Part shown: positions 39,911-51,609 of the stretch, piece by piece
Layout: every line of letters begins with the position of its first letter
Position numbering within the stretch: position 1 is the first letter of the stretch
Source: Eledone cirrhosa
Lineage: Eukaryota
Length of the DNA stretch: 64,000 bases
Reading direction: 5' to 3'
NCBI GenBank assembly: GCA_964016885.1
Contig: OZ024753.1
Span: 20,398,001 to 20,462,000, forward strand
The notes under the pieces: model-generated
The model's input: only the letters and a program-made list of their open reading frames with translations
Databases searched by the model: none
Told to the model about the DNA's origin: nothing
Made by a program: the position numbers and the translations under genes

Positions 39911-42900
39911 GGGAAGGATCTGTGTGTGTTGTAATACAGTGTAGTGTCTGGGGTGTTGGGAAGGATCTGTGTGTGTTGTGATACAGTATAGTGTCTGGGG
40001 AGTTGGGAAGGATCTGTGTGTGTTGTGATACAGTATAGTGTCTGGGGAGTTGGGAAGGATATGTGTGTGTTGTGATACAGTATAGTGTCTGGGGTGTTGG
40101 GAAGGATCTGTGTGTGTTGTGATACAGTGTAGTGTCTGGGGAGTTGGGATGGATCTGTGTGTGTTGTGATACAGTGTAGTGTCTGGGGAGTTGGGAAGGA
40201 TCTGTGTGTGTTGTGATACAGTGTAGTGTCTGGGGAGTTGGGAAGGATCTGTGTGTGTTGTGATACAGTGTAGTGTCTGGGGAGTTGGGAAGGATCTGTG
40301 TGTGTTGTGATACAGTATAGTGTCTGGGGTGTTGGGAAGGATCTGTGTGTGTTGTGATACAGTGTAGTGTCTGGGGTGTTGGGAAGGATCTGTGTGTGTT
40401 GTGATACAGTATAGTGTCTGGGGAGTTGGGAAGGATCTGTGTGTGTTGTGATACAGTATAGTGTCTGGGGTGTTGGGAAGGATCTGTGTGTGTTGTGATA
40501 CAGTGTAGTGTCTGGGGAGTTGGGAAGGATCTGTGTGTGTTGTGATACAGTGTAGTGGCTAGGGAGTTGGGAAGGATCTGTGTGTGTTGTGATACAGTAT
40601 AGTGTCTGGGGAGTTGGGAAGGATCTGTGTGTGTTGTGATACAGTATAGTGTCTGGGGTTTTGGGAAGGATCTGTGTGTGTTGTGATAGAGTGTAGTGTC
40701 TGGGGTGTTGGGAAGGATCTGTGTGTGTTGTGATACAGTGTAGTGTCTGGGGTGTTGGGAAGAATCTGTGTGTGTTGTGATACAGTATAGTGTCTGGGGA
40801 GTTGGGAAGGATCTGTGTGTGTTGTGATACAATATAGTGTCTTGGGTGTTGGGAAGGATCTGTGTGTGTTGTGATACAGTGTAGTGTCTGGGGAGTTGGG
40901 GAGTATCTGTGTGTGTTGTGATACAGTGTAGTGTCTGGGAAGTTGGGAAGGATGTGTGTGTGTTGTGATACAGTATAGTGTCTGGGGAGTTGGGAAGGAT
41001 CTGTGTGTGTTGGGATACAGTATAGTGTCTGGGGTGTTGGTAAGGATCTGTGTGTGTTGTGATACAGTGTAGTGTCTGGGGAGTTGGGAAGGATCTGTGT
41101 GTGTTGTGATACAGTATAGTGTCTTGGGTGTTGGGAAGGATCTGTGTGTGTTGTGATACAGTGTAGTGTCTGGGGAGTTGGGGAGGATCTGTGTGTGTTG
41201 TGATACAGTGTAGTGTCTGGGGAGTTGGGAAGGATCTGTGTGTGTTGTGATACAGTATAGTGTCTGGGGTGTTGGGAAGGATCTGTGTGTGTTGTGATAC
41301 AGTGTAGTGTCTGGGGTGTTGGGAAGGATCTGTGTGTGTTGTGATACAGTATAGTGTCTGGGGAGTTGGGAAGGATCTGTGTGTGTTCTGATACAGTATA
41401 GTGTCTGGGGTGTTGGGAAGGATCTGTGTGTGTTGTGATACAGTGTAGTGTCTGGGGATTTGGGAAGGATCTGTGTGTGTTGTGATACAGTGTAGTGTCT
41501 AGGGAGTTGGGAAGAATCTGTGTGTGTTGTGATACAGTATAGTGTCTGGGGAGTTGGGAAGGATCTGTGTGCGTTGTGATACAGTATAGTGTCTGGGGTG
41601 TTGGGAAGGATCTGTGTGTGTTGTGATACAGTGTAGTGTCTGGGGTGTTGGGAAGGATCTGTGTGTGTTGTGATACAGTGTAGTGTCTGGGGTGTTGGGA
41701 AGGATCTGTGTGTGTTGTGATACAGTATAGTGTCTGGGGAGTTGGGAAGGATCTGTGTGTGTTGTGATACAGTATAGTGTCTTGGGTGTTGGGAAGGATC
41801 TGTGTGTGTTGTGATACAGTGTAGTGTCTGGGGAGTTGGGAAGGATATGTGTGTGTTGTGATACAGTGTAGTGTCTGGGGAGTTGGGAAGGATCTGTGTG
41901 TGGTGTGATACAGTGTAGTGTCTGGAGAGTTGGGAAGGATCTGTGTGTGTTGTGATACAGTGTAGTCTGTGGGGAGTTGGGAAGGATCTGTGTGTGTTGT
42001 GATACAGTGTAGTGTCTGGGGAGTTGGGAAGCATCTGTGTGTGTTGTGATACAGTGTAGTGTCTGGGGAGTTGGGAAGGATCTGTGTGTGTTGTGATACA
42101 GTATAGTATCTGGGGAGTTGGGAAGGATCTGTGTGTGTTGTGATACAGTGTAGTGTCTGGGGAGTTGGGAAGGATCTGTGTGTGTTGTGATACAGTATAG
42201 TGTCTGGGGTGTTGGGAAGGATCTGTGTGTGTTGTGATACAGTATAGTGTCTGGGGAGTTGGGAAGGATCTGTGTGTGTTGTGATACAGTATAGTGTCTG
42301 GGGTGTTGGAAGGATCTGTGTGTGTTGTGATACAGTGTAGTGTCTGGGGAGTTGGGAAGGATCTGTGTGTGTTGTGATACAGTATAGTATCTGGGGTGTT
42401 GGGAAGGATCTGTGTGTGTTGTGATACAGTGTAGTGTCTGGGGAGTTGGGAAGGATCTGTGTGTGTTGTGATACAGTATAGTGTCTTGGGTGTTGGGGAG
42501 GATCTGTGTGTGTTGTGATACAGTATAGTGTCTGGGGTTTTGGGAAGGATCTGTGTGTGTTGTGATAGAGTGTAGTGTCTGGGGTGTTGAGAAGGATCTG
42601 TGTGTGTTGTGATACAGTGTAGTGTCTGGGGTGTTGGGAAGAATCTGTGTGTGTTGTGATACAGTATAGTGTCTGGGGAGTTGGGAAGGATCTGTGTGTG
42701 TTGTGATACAGTATAGTGTCTTGGGTGTTGGGAAGGATCTGTGTGTGTTGTGATACAGTGTAGTGTCTGGGGAGTTGGGGAGGATCTGTGTGTGTTGTGA
42801 TACAGTGTAGTGTCTGGGGAGTTGGGAAGGATCTGTGTGTGGTGTGATACAGTATAGTGTCTGGGGAGTTGGGAAGGATATGTGTGTGTTGTGATACAGT

Positions 42901-45900
42901 ATAGTGTCTGGGGAGTTGGGAAGGATCTGTGTGTGTTGTGATACAGTATAGTGTCTGGGGTGTTGGGAAGGATCTGTGTGTGTTGTGATACAGTGTAGTG
43001 TCTGATGAGTTGGGAAGGATCTGTGTGTGTTGTGATACAGTGTGTTGTCTGGGGTGTTGGGAAGGATCTGTGTGTGTTGTGATACAGTATAGTGTCTGGG
43101 AAGTTGGGAAGGATCTGTGTGTGTTGTGATACAGTATAGTGTCTGGGGAGTTGGGAAGGATCTGTGTGTGTTGTGATACAGTATAGTGTCTGGGGAGTTG
43201 GGAAGGATCTGTGTGTGTTGTGATACAGTATAGTGTCTGGGGTGTTGGGAAGGATCGGTGTGTGTTGTGATACAGTGTAGTGTCTGGGGAGTTGGGAAGG
43301 ATCTGTGTGTGTTGTGATACAGTGTAGTGTCTGGGGAGTTGGGAAGGATCTGTGTGTGTTGTGATACAGTGTAGTGTCTGGGGAGTTGGGAAGGATCTGT
43401 GTGTGTTGTGATACAGTGTAGTTACTGGGGAGTTGGGAAGGATCTGTGTGTGTTGTGATACAGTATAGTGTCTGGGGTGTTGGGAAGGATCTGTGTGTGT
43501 TGTGATACAGTTTAGTGTCTGGGGTGTTGGGAAGGATCTGTGTGTGTTGTGATACAGTATAGTGTCTGGGGAGTTGGGAAGGATCTGTGTGTGTTGTGAT
43601 ACAGTATAGTGTCTGGGGTGTTGGGAAGGATCTGTGTGTGTTGTGATACAGTGTAGTGTCTGGGGTGTTGGGAAGGATCTGTGTGTGTTGTGATACAGTA
43701 TAGTGTCTGGGGAGTTGGGAAGGATCTGTGTGTGTTCTGATACAGTATAGTGTCTGGGGTGTTGGGAAGGATCTGTGTGTGTTGTGATACAGTGTAGTGT
43801 CTGGGGATTTGGGAAGGATCTGTGTGTGTTGTGATACAGTGTAGTGTCTAGGGAGTTGGGAAGGATCTGTGTGTGTTGTGATACAGTATAGTGTCTGGGG
43901 AGTTGGGAAGGATCTGTGTGCGTTGTGATACAGTATAGTGTCTGGGATGTTGGGAAGGATCTGTGTGTGTTGTGATACAGTGTAGTGTCTGGGGTGTTGG
44001 GAAGGATCTGTGTGTGTTGTGATACAGTGTAGTGTCTGGGGTGTTGGGAAGGATCTGTGTGTGTTGTGATACAGTATAGTGTCTGGGGAGTTGGGAAGGA
44101 TCTGTGTGTGTTGTGATACAGTATAGTGTCTTGGGTGTTGGGAAGGATCTGTGTGTGTTGTGATACAGTGTAGTGTCTGGGGAGTTGGGAAGGATATGTG
44201 TGTGTTGTGATACAGTGTAGTGACTGGGGAGTTGGGAAGGATCTGTGTGTGGTGTGATACAGTGTAGTGTCTGGAGAGTTGGGAAGGATCTGTGTGTGTT
44301 GTGATACAGTGTAGTGTCTGGGGAGTTGGGAAGGATCTGTGTGTGTTGTGATACAGTGTAGTGTCTGGGGAGTTGGGAAGCATCTGTGTGTGTTGTGATA
44401 CAGTGTAGTGTCTGGGGAGTTGGGAAGGATCTGTGTGTGTTGTGATACAGTATAGTATCTGGGGAGTTGGGAAGGATCTGTGTGTGTTGTGATACAGTGT
44501 AGTGTCTGGGGAGTTGGGAAGGATCTGTGTGTGTTGTGATACAGTATAGTGTCTGGGGTGTTGCGAAGGATCTGTGTGTGTTGTGATACAGTATAGTGTC
44601 TGGGGAGTTGGGAAGGATCTGTGTGTGTTGTGATACAGTATAGTGTCTGGGGTGTTGGAAGGATCTGTGTGTGTTGTGATACAGTGTAGTGTCTGGGGAG
44701 TTGGGAAGGATCTGTGTGTGTTGTGATACAGTATAGTGTCTGGTGTGTTGGGAAGGATCTGTGTGTGTTGTGATACAGTGTAGTGTCTGGGGTGTTGGGA
44801 AGGATCTGTGTGTGTTGTGATACAGTGTAGTGTCTGGGGTGTTGGGAAGGATCTGTGTGTGTTGTGATACAGTATAGTGTCTGGGGAGTTGGGAAGGATC
44901 TGTGTGTGTTGTGATACAGTATAGTGTCTGGGGAGTTGGGAAGGATATGTGTGTGTTGTGATACAGTATAGTGTCTGGGGTGTTGGGAAGGATCTGTGTG
45001 TGTTGTGATACAGTGTAGTGTCTGGGGAGTTGGGATGGTCTGTGTGTGTCGTGATACAGTGTAGTGTCTGGGGAGTTGGGAAGGATCTGTGTGTGTTGTG
45101 ATACAGTGTAGTGTCTGCGGAGTTGGGAAGGATCTGTGTGTGTTGTGATACAGTGTAGTGTCTGGGGAGTTGGGAAGGATCTGTGTGTGTTGTGATACAG
45201 TATAGTGTCTGGGGTGTTGGGAAGGATCTGTGTGTGTTGTGATACAGTGTAGTGTCTGGGGTGTTGGGAAGGATCTGTGTGTGTTGTGATACAGTATAGT
45301 GTCTGGGGAGTTGGGAAGGATCTGTGTGTGTTGTGATACAGTATAGTGTCTGGGGTGTTGGGAAGGATCTGTGTGTGTTGTGATACAGTGTAGTGTCTGG
45401 GGAGTTGGGAAGGATCTGTGTGTGTTGTGATACAGTGTAGTGGCTAGGGAGTTGGGAAGGATCTGTGTGTGTTGTGATACAGTATAGTGTCTGGGGAGTT
45501 GGGAAGGATCTGTGTGTGTTGTGATACAGTATAGTGTCTGGGGTTTTGGGAAGGATCTGTGTGTGTTGTGATAGAGTGTAGTGTCTGGGGTGTTGGGAAG
45601 GATCTGTGTGTGTTGTGATACAGTGTAGTGTCTGGGGTGTTGGGAAGAATCTGTGTGTGTTGTGATACAGTATAGTGTCTGGGGAGTTGGGAAGGATCTG
45701 TGTGTGTTGTGATACAGTATAGTGTCTTGGGTGTTGGGAAGGATCTGTGTGTGTTGTGATACAGTGTAGTGTCTGGGGAGTTGGGGAGTATCTGTGTGTG
45801 TTGTGATACAGTGTAGTGTCTGGGGAGTTGGGAAGGATCTGTGTGTGGTGTGATACAGTGTAGTGTCTGGAGATTTGGGAAGGATCTGTGTGTGTTGTGA

Positions 45901-48323
45901 TACAGTGTAGTGTCTGGGGAGTTGGGAAGGATCTGTGTGTGTTGTGATACAGTATAGTGTCTGGGGAGTTGGGAAGGATATGTGTGTGTTGTGATACAGT
46001 ATAGTGTCTGGGGAGTTGGGAAGGATCTGTGTGTGTTGTGATACAGTATAGTGTCTGGGGTGTTGGGAAGGATCTGTGTGTGTTGTGATACAGTGTAGTG
46101 TCTGATGAGTTGGGAAGGATCTGTGTGTGTTGTGATACAGTGTGTTGTCTGGGGTGTTGGGAAGGATCTGTGTGTGTTGTGATACAGTATAGTGTCTGGG
46201 AAGTTGGGAAGGATCTGTGTGTGTTGTGATACAGTATAGTGTCTGGGGAGTTGGGAAGGATCTGTGTGTGTTGTGATACAGTATAGTGTCTGGGGTGTTG
46301 GGAAGGATCTGTGTGTGTTGTGATACAGTGTAGTGTCTGAGGTGTTGGGAAGGATCTGTGTGTGTTGTGATACAGTGTAGTGTCTGGGGTGTTGGGAAGG
46401 ATCTGTGTGTGTTGTGATACAGTATAGTGTCTGGGGAGTTGGGAAGGATCTGTGTGTGTTGGGATACAGTATAGTGTCTGGGGTGTTGGTAAGGATCTGT
46501 GTGTGTTGTGATACAGTGTAGTGTCTGGGGAGTTGGGAAGGATCTGTGTGTGTTGTGATACAGTATAGTGTCTTGGGTGTTGGGAAGGATCTGTGTGTGT
46601 TGTGATACAGTGTAGTGTCTGGGGAGTTGGGGAGGATCTGTGTGTGTTGTGATACAGTGTAGTGTCTGGGGAGTTGGGAAGGATCTGTGTGTGTTGTGAT
46701 ACAGTATAGTGTCTGGGGTGTTGGGAAGGATCTGTGTGTGTTGTGATACAGTGTAGTGTCTGGGGTGTTGGGAAGGATCTGTGTGTGTTGTGATACAGTA
46801 TAGTGTCTGGGGAGTTGGGAAGGATCTGTGTGTGTTCTGATACAGTATAGTGTCTGGGGTGTTGGGAAGGATCTGTGTGTGTTGTGATACAGTGTAGTGT
46901 CTGGGGATTTGGGAAGGATCTGTGTGTGTTGTGATACAGTGTAGTGTCTAGGGAGTTGGGAAGGATCTGTGTGTGTTGTGATACAGTATAGTGTCTGGGG
47001 AGTTGGGAAGGATCTGTGTGCGTTGTGATACAGTATAGTGTCTGGGGTGTTGGGAAGGATCTGTGTGTGTTGTGATACAGTGTAGTGTCTGGGGTGTTGG
47101 GAAGGATATGTGTGTGTTGTGATACAGTGTAGTGTCTGGGGTGTTGGGAAGGATCTGTGTGTGTTGTGATACCGTATAGTGTCTGGGGAGTTGGGAAGGA
47201 TCTGTGTGTGTTGTGATACAGTATAGTGTCTTGGGTGTTGGGAAGGATCTGTGTGTGCTGTGATACAGTGTAGTGTCTGGGGAGTTGGGAAGGATATGTG
47301 TGTGTTGTGATACAGTGTAGTGTCTGGGGAGTTGGGAAGGATCTGTGTGTGGTGTGATACAGTGTAGTGTCTGGAGAGTTGGGAAGGATCTGTGTGTGTT
47401 GTGATACAGTGTAGTCTGTGGGGAGTTGGGAAGGATCTGTGTGTGTTGTGATACAGTGTAGTGTCTGGGGAGTTGGGAAGCATCTGTGTGTGTTGTGATA
47501 CAGTGTAGTGTCTGGGGAGTTGGGAAGGATCTGTGTGTGTTGTGATACAGTATAGTATCTGGGGAGTTGGGAAGGATCTGTGTGTGTTGTGATACAGTGT
47601 AGTGTCTGGGGAGTTGGGAAGGATCTGTGTGTGTTGTGATACAGTATAGTGTCCGGGGTGTTGGGAAGGATCTGTGTGTGTTGTGATACAGTATAGTGTC
47701 TGGGGAGTTGGGAAGGATCTGTGTGTGTTGTGATACAGTATAGTGTCTGGGGTGTTGGAAGGATCTGTGTGTGTTGTGATACAGTGTAGTGTCTGGGGAG
47801 TTGGGAAGGATCTGTGTGTGTTGTGATACAGTGTAGTGTCTGGGGAGTTGGGAAGCATCTGTGTGTGTTGTGATACAGTGTAGTGTCTGGGGAGTTGGGA
47901 AGGATCTGTGTGTGTTGTGATACAGTATAGTATCTGGGGTGTTGGGAAGGATCTGTGTGTGTTGTGATACAGTGTAGTGTCTGGGGAGTTGGGAAGGATC
48001 TGTGTGTGTTGTGATACAGTATAGTGTCTTGGGTGTTGGGAAGGATCTGTGTGTGTTGTGATACAGTGTAGTGTCTGGGGAGTTGGGGAGGATCTGTGTG
48101 TGTTGTGATACAGTGTAGTGTCTGGGGAGTTGGGAAGGATCTGTGTGTGTTGTGATACAGTATAGTGTCTGGGGTGTTGGGAAGGATCTGTGTGTGTTGT
48201 GATACAGTGTAGTGTCTGGGGTGTTGGGAAGGATCTGTGTGTGTTGTGATACAGTATAGTGTCTGGGGAGTTGGGAAGGATCTGTGTGTGTTCTGATACA
48301 GTATAGTGTCTGGGGTGTTGGGA

Positions 48324-51300
48324 AGGATCTGTGTGTGTTGTGATACAGTGTAGTGTCTGGGGATTTGGGAAGGATCTGTGTGTTTTGTGATACAGTGTAG
48401 TGTCTAGGGAGTTGGGAAGGATCTGTGTGTGTTGTGATACAGTATAGTGTCTGGGGAGTTGGGAAGGATCTGTGTGCGTTGTGATACAGTATAGTGTCTG
48501 GGGTGTTGGGAAGGATCTGTGTGTGTTGTGATACAGTGTAGTGTCTGGGGTGTTGGGAAGGATCTGTGTGTGTTGTGATACAGTGTAGTGTCTGGGGTGT
48601 TGGGAAGGATCTGTGTGTGTTGTGATACAGTATAGTGTCTGGGGAGTTGGGAAGGATCTGTGTGTGTTGTGATACAGTATAGTGTCTTGGGTGTTGGGAA
48701 GGATCTGTGTGTGTTGTGATACAGTGTAGTGTCTGGGGAGTTGGGAAGGATATGTGTGTGTTGTGATACAGTGTAGTGTCTGGGGAGTTGGGAAGGATCT
48801 GTGTGTGGTGTGATACAGTGTAGTGTCTGGAGAGTTGGGAAGGATCTGTGTGTGTTGTGATACAGTGTAGTCTGTGGGGAGTTGGGAAGGATCTGTGTGT
48901 GTTGTGATACAGTGTAGTGTCTGGGGAGTTGGGAAGCATCTGTGTGTGTTGTGATACAGTGTAGTGTCTGGGGAGTTGGGAAGGATCTGTGTGTGTTGTG
49001 ATACAGTATAGTATCTGGGGAGTTGGGAAGGATCTGTGTGTGTTGTGATACAGTGTAGTGTCTGGGGAGTTGGGAAGGATCTGTGTGTGTTGTGATACAG
49101 TATAGTGTCTGGGGTGTTGGGAAGGATGTGTTTGTGTTGTGATACAGTATAGTGTCTGGGGAGTTGGGAAGGATCTGTGTGTGTTGTGATACAGTATAGT
49201 GTCTGGGGTGTTGGAAGGATCTGTGTGTGTTGTGATACAGTGTAGTGTCTGGGGAGTTGGGAAGGATCTGTGTGTGTTGTGATACAGTATAGTGTCTGGT
49301 GTGTTGGGAAGGATCTGTGTGTGTTGTGATACAGTGTAGTGTCTGGGGTGTTGGGAAGGATCTGTGTGTGTTGTGATACAGTGTAGTGTCTGGGGAGTTG
49401 GGAAGCATCTGTGTGTGTTGTGATACAGTGTAGTGTCTGGGGAGTTGGGAAGGATCTGTGTGTGTTGTGATACAGTATAGTATCTGGGGAGTTGGGAAGG
49501 ATCTGTGTGTGTTGTGATACAGTGTAGTGTCTGGGGAGTTGGGAAGGATCTGTGTGTGTTGTGATACAGTATAGTGTCTGGGGTGTTGGGAAGGATCTGT
49601 GTGTGTTGTGATACAGTATAGTGTCTGGGGAGTTGGGAAGGATCTGTGTGTGTTGTGATACAGTATAGTGTCTGGGGTGTTGGAAGGATCTGTGTGTGTT
49701 GTGATACAGTGTAGTGTCTGGGGAGTTGGGAAGGATCTGTGTGTGTTGTGATACAGTGTAGTGTCTGGGGAGTTGGGAAGCATCTGTGTGTGTTGTGATA
49801 CAGTGTAGTGTCTGGGGAGTTGGGAAGGATCTGTGTGTGTTGTGATACAGTATAGTATCTGGGGTGTTGGGAAGGATCTGTGTGTGTTGTGATACAGTGT
49901 AGTGTCTGGGGAGTTGGGAAGGATCTGTGTGTGTTGTGATACAGTATAGTGTCTTGGGTGTTGGGAAGGATCTGTGTGTGTTGTGATACAGTGTAGTGTC
50001 TGGGGATTTGGGAAGGATCTGTGTGTTTTGTGATACAGTGTAGTGTCTAGGGAGTTGGGAAGGATCTGTGTGTGTTGTGATACAGTATAGTGTCTGGGGA
50101 GTTGGGAAGGATCTGTGTGCGTTGTGATACAGTATAGTGTCTGGGGTGTTGGGAAGGATCTGTGTGTGTTGTGATACAGTGTAGTGTCTGGGGTGTTGGG
50201 AAGGATCTGTGTGTGTTGTGATACAGTGTAGTGTCTGGGGTGTTGGGAAGGATCTGTGTGTGTTGTGATACAGTATAGTGTCTGGGGAGTTGGGAAGGAT
50301 CTGTGTGTGTTGTGATACAGTATAGTGTCTTGGGTGTTGGGAAGGATCTGTGTGTGTTGTGATACAGTGTAGTGTCTGGGGAGTTGGGAAGGATATGTGT
50401 GTGTTGTGATACAGTGTAGTGTCTGGGGAGTTGGGAAGGATCTGTGTGTGGTGTGATACAGTGTAGTGTCTGGAGAGTTGGGAAGGATCTGTGTGTGTTG
50501 TGATACAGTGTAGTCTGTGGGGAGTTGGGAAGGATCTGTGTGTGTTGTGATACAGTGTAGTGTCTGGGGAGTTGGGAAGCATCTGTGTGTGTTGTGATAC
50601 AGTGTAGTGTCTGGGGAGTTGGGAAGGATCTGTGTGTGTTGTGATACAGTATAGTATCTGGGGAGTTGGGAAGGATCTGTGTGTGTTGTGATACAGTGTA
50701 GTGTCTGGGGAGTTGGGAAGGATCTGTGTGTGTTGTGATACAGTATAGTGTCTGGGGTGTTGGGAAGGATGTGTTTGTGTTGTGATACAGTATAGTGTCT
50801 GGGGAGTTGGGAAGGATCTGTGTGTGTTGTGATACAGTATAGTGTCTGGGGTGTTGGAAGGATCTGTGTGTGTTGTGATACAGTGTAGTGTCTGGGGAGT
50901 TGGGAAGGATCTGTGTGTGTTGTGATACAGTATAGTGTCTGGTGTGTTGGGAAGGATCTGTGTGTGTTGTGATACAGTGTAGTGTCTGGGGTGTTGGGAA
51001 GGATCTGTGTGTGTTGTGATACAGTGTAGTGTCTGGGGAGTTGGGAAGCATCTGTGTGTGTTGTGATACAGTGTAGTGTCTGGGGAGTTGGGAAGGATCT
51101 GTGTGTGTTGTGATACAGTATAGTATCTGGGGAGTTGGGAAGGATCTGTGTGTGTTGTGATACAGTGTAGTGTCTGGGGAGTTGGGAAGGATCTGTGTGT
51201 GTTGTGATACAGTATAGTGTCTGGGGTGTTGGGAAGGATCTGTGTGTGTTGTGATACAGTATAGTGTCTGGGGAGTTGGGAAGGATCTGTGTGTGTTGTG

Positions 51301-51609
51301 ATACAGTATAGTGTCTGGGGTGTTGGAAGGATCTGTGTGTGTTGTGATACAGTGTAGTGTCTGGGGAGTTGGGAAGGATCTGTGTGTGTTGTGATACAGT
51401 GTAGTGTCTGGGGAGTTGGGAAGCATCTGTGTGTGTTGTGATACAGTGTAGTGTCTGGGGAGTTGGGAAGGATCTGTGTGTGTTGTGATACAGTATAGTA
51501 TCTGGGGTGTTGGGAAGGATCTGTGTGTGTTGTGATACAGTGTAGTGTCTGGGGAGTTGGGAAGGATCTGTGTGTGTTGTGATACAGTATAGTGTCTTGG
51601 GTGTTGGGA
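48324..51609 (+). repeat. Direct tandem duplication of 1,643 bp (35 monomers minus 2 bp): 48324-49966 and 49967-51609
   Basis: Identical 459-aa ORFs 48404..49783 and 50047..51426. Private markers are TGTTTTGTGA ~48383/50026 and GGATGTGTTTG ~49124/50767. Confidence 0.93.

Larger units (their letters stand above)
1..46300 (+). repeat. Variable-length higher-order repeat (about 57-68 monomers, 2.7-3.2 kb in its regular form) defined by an ordered series of rare monomer variants
   Basis: Marker CTGATGAG (its A) lies at 2104, 4782, 7975, 12156, 17880, 21966, 23891, 26896, 32295, 34973, 38166, 43005, 46105 (also 55800, 59042, 60454, 62333). It is always followed by GTGTGTTGTC/GTA and GGGAAG variant units. 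Spacings are 2678 (57 units -1 bp) and 3193 (68 units -3 bp). Confidence 0.9.
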
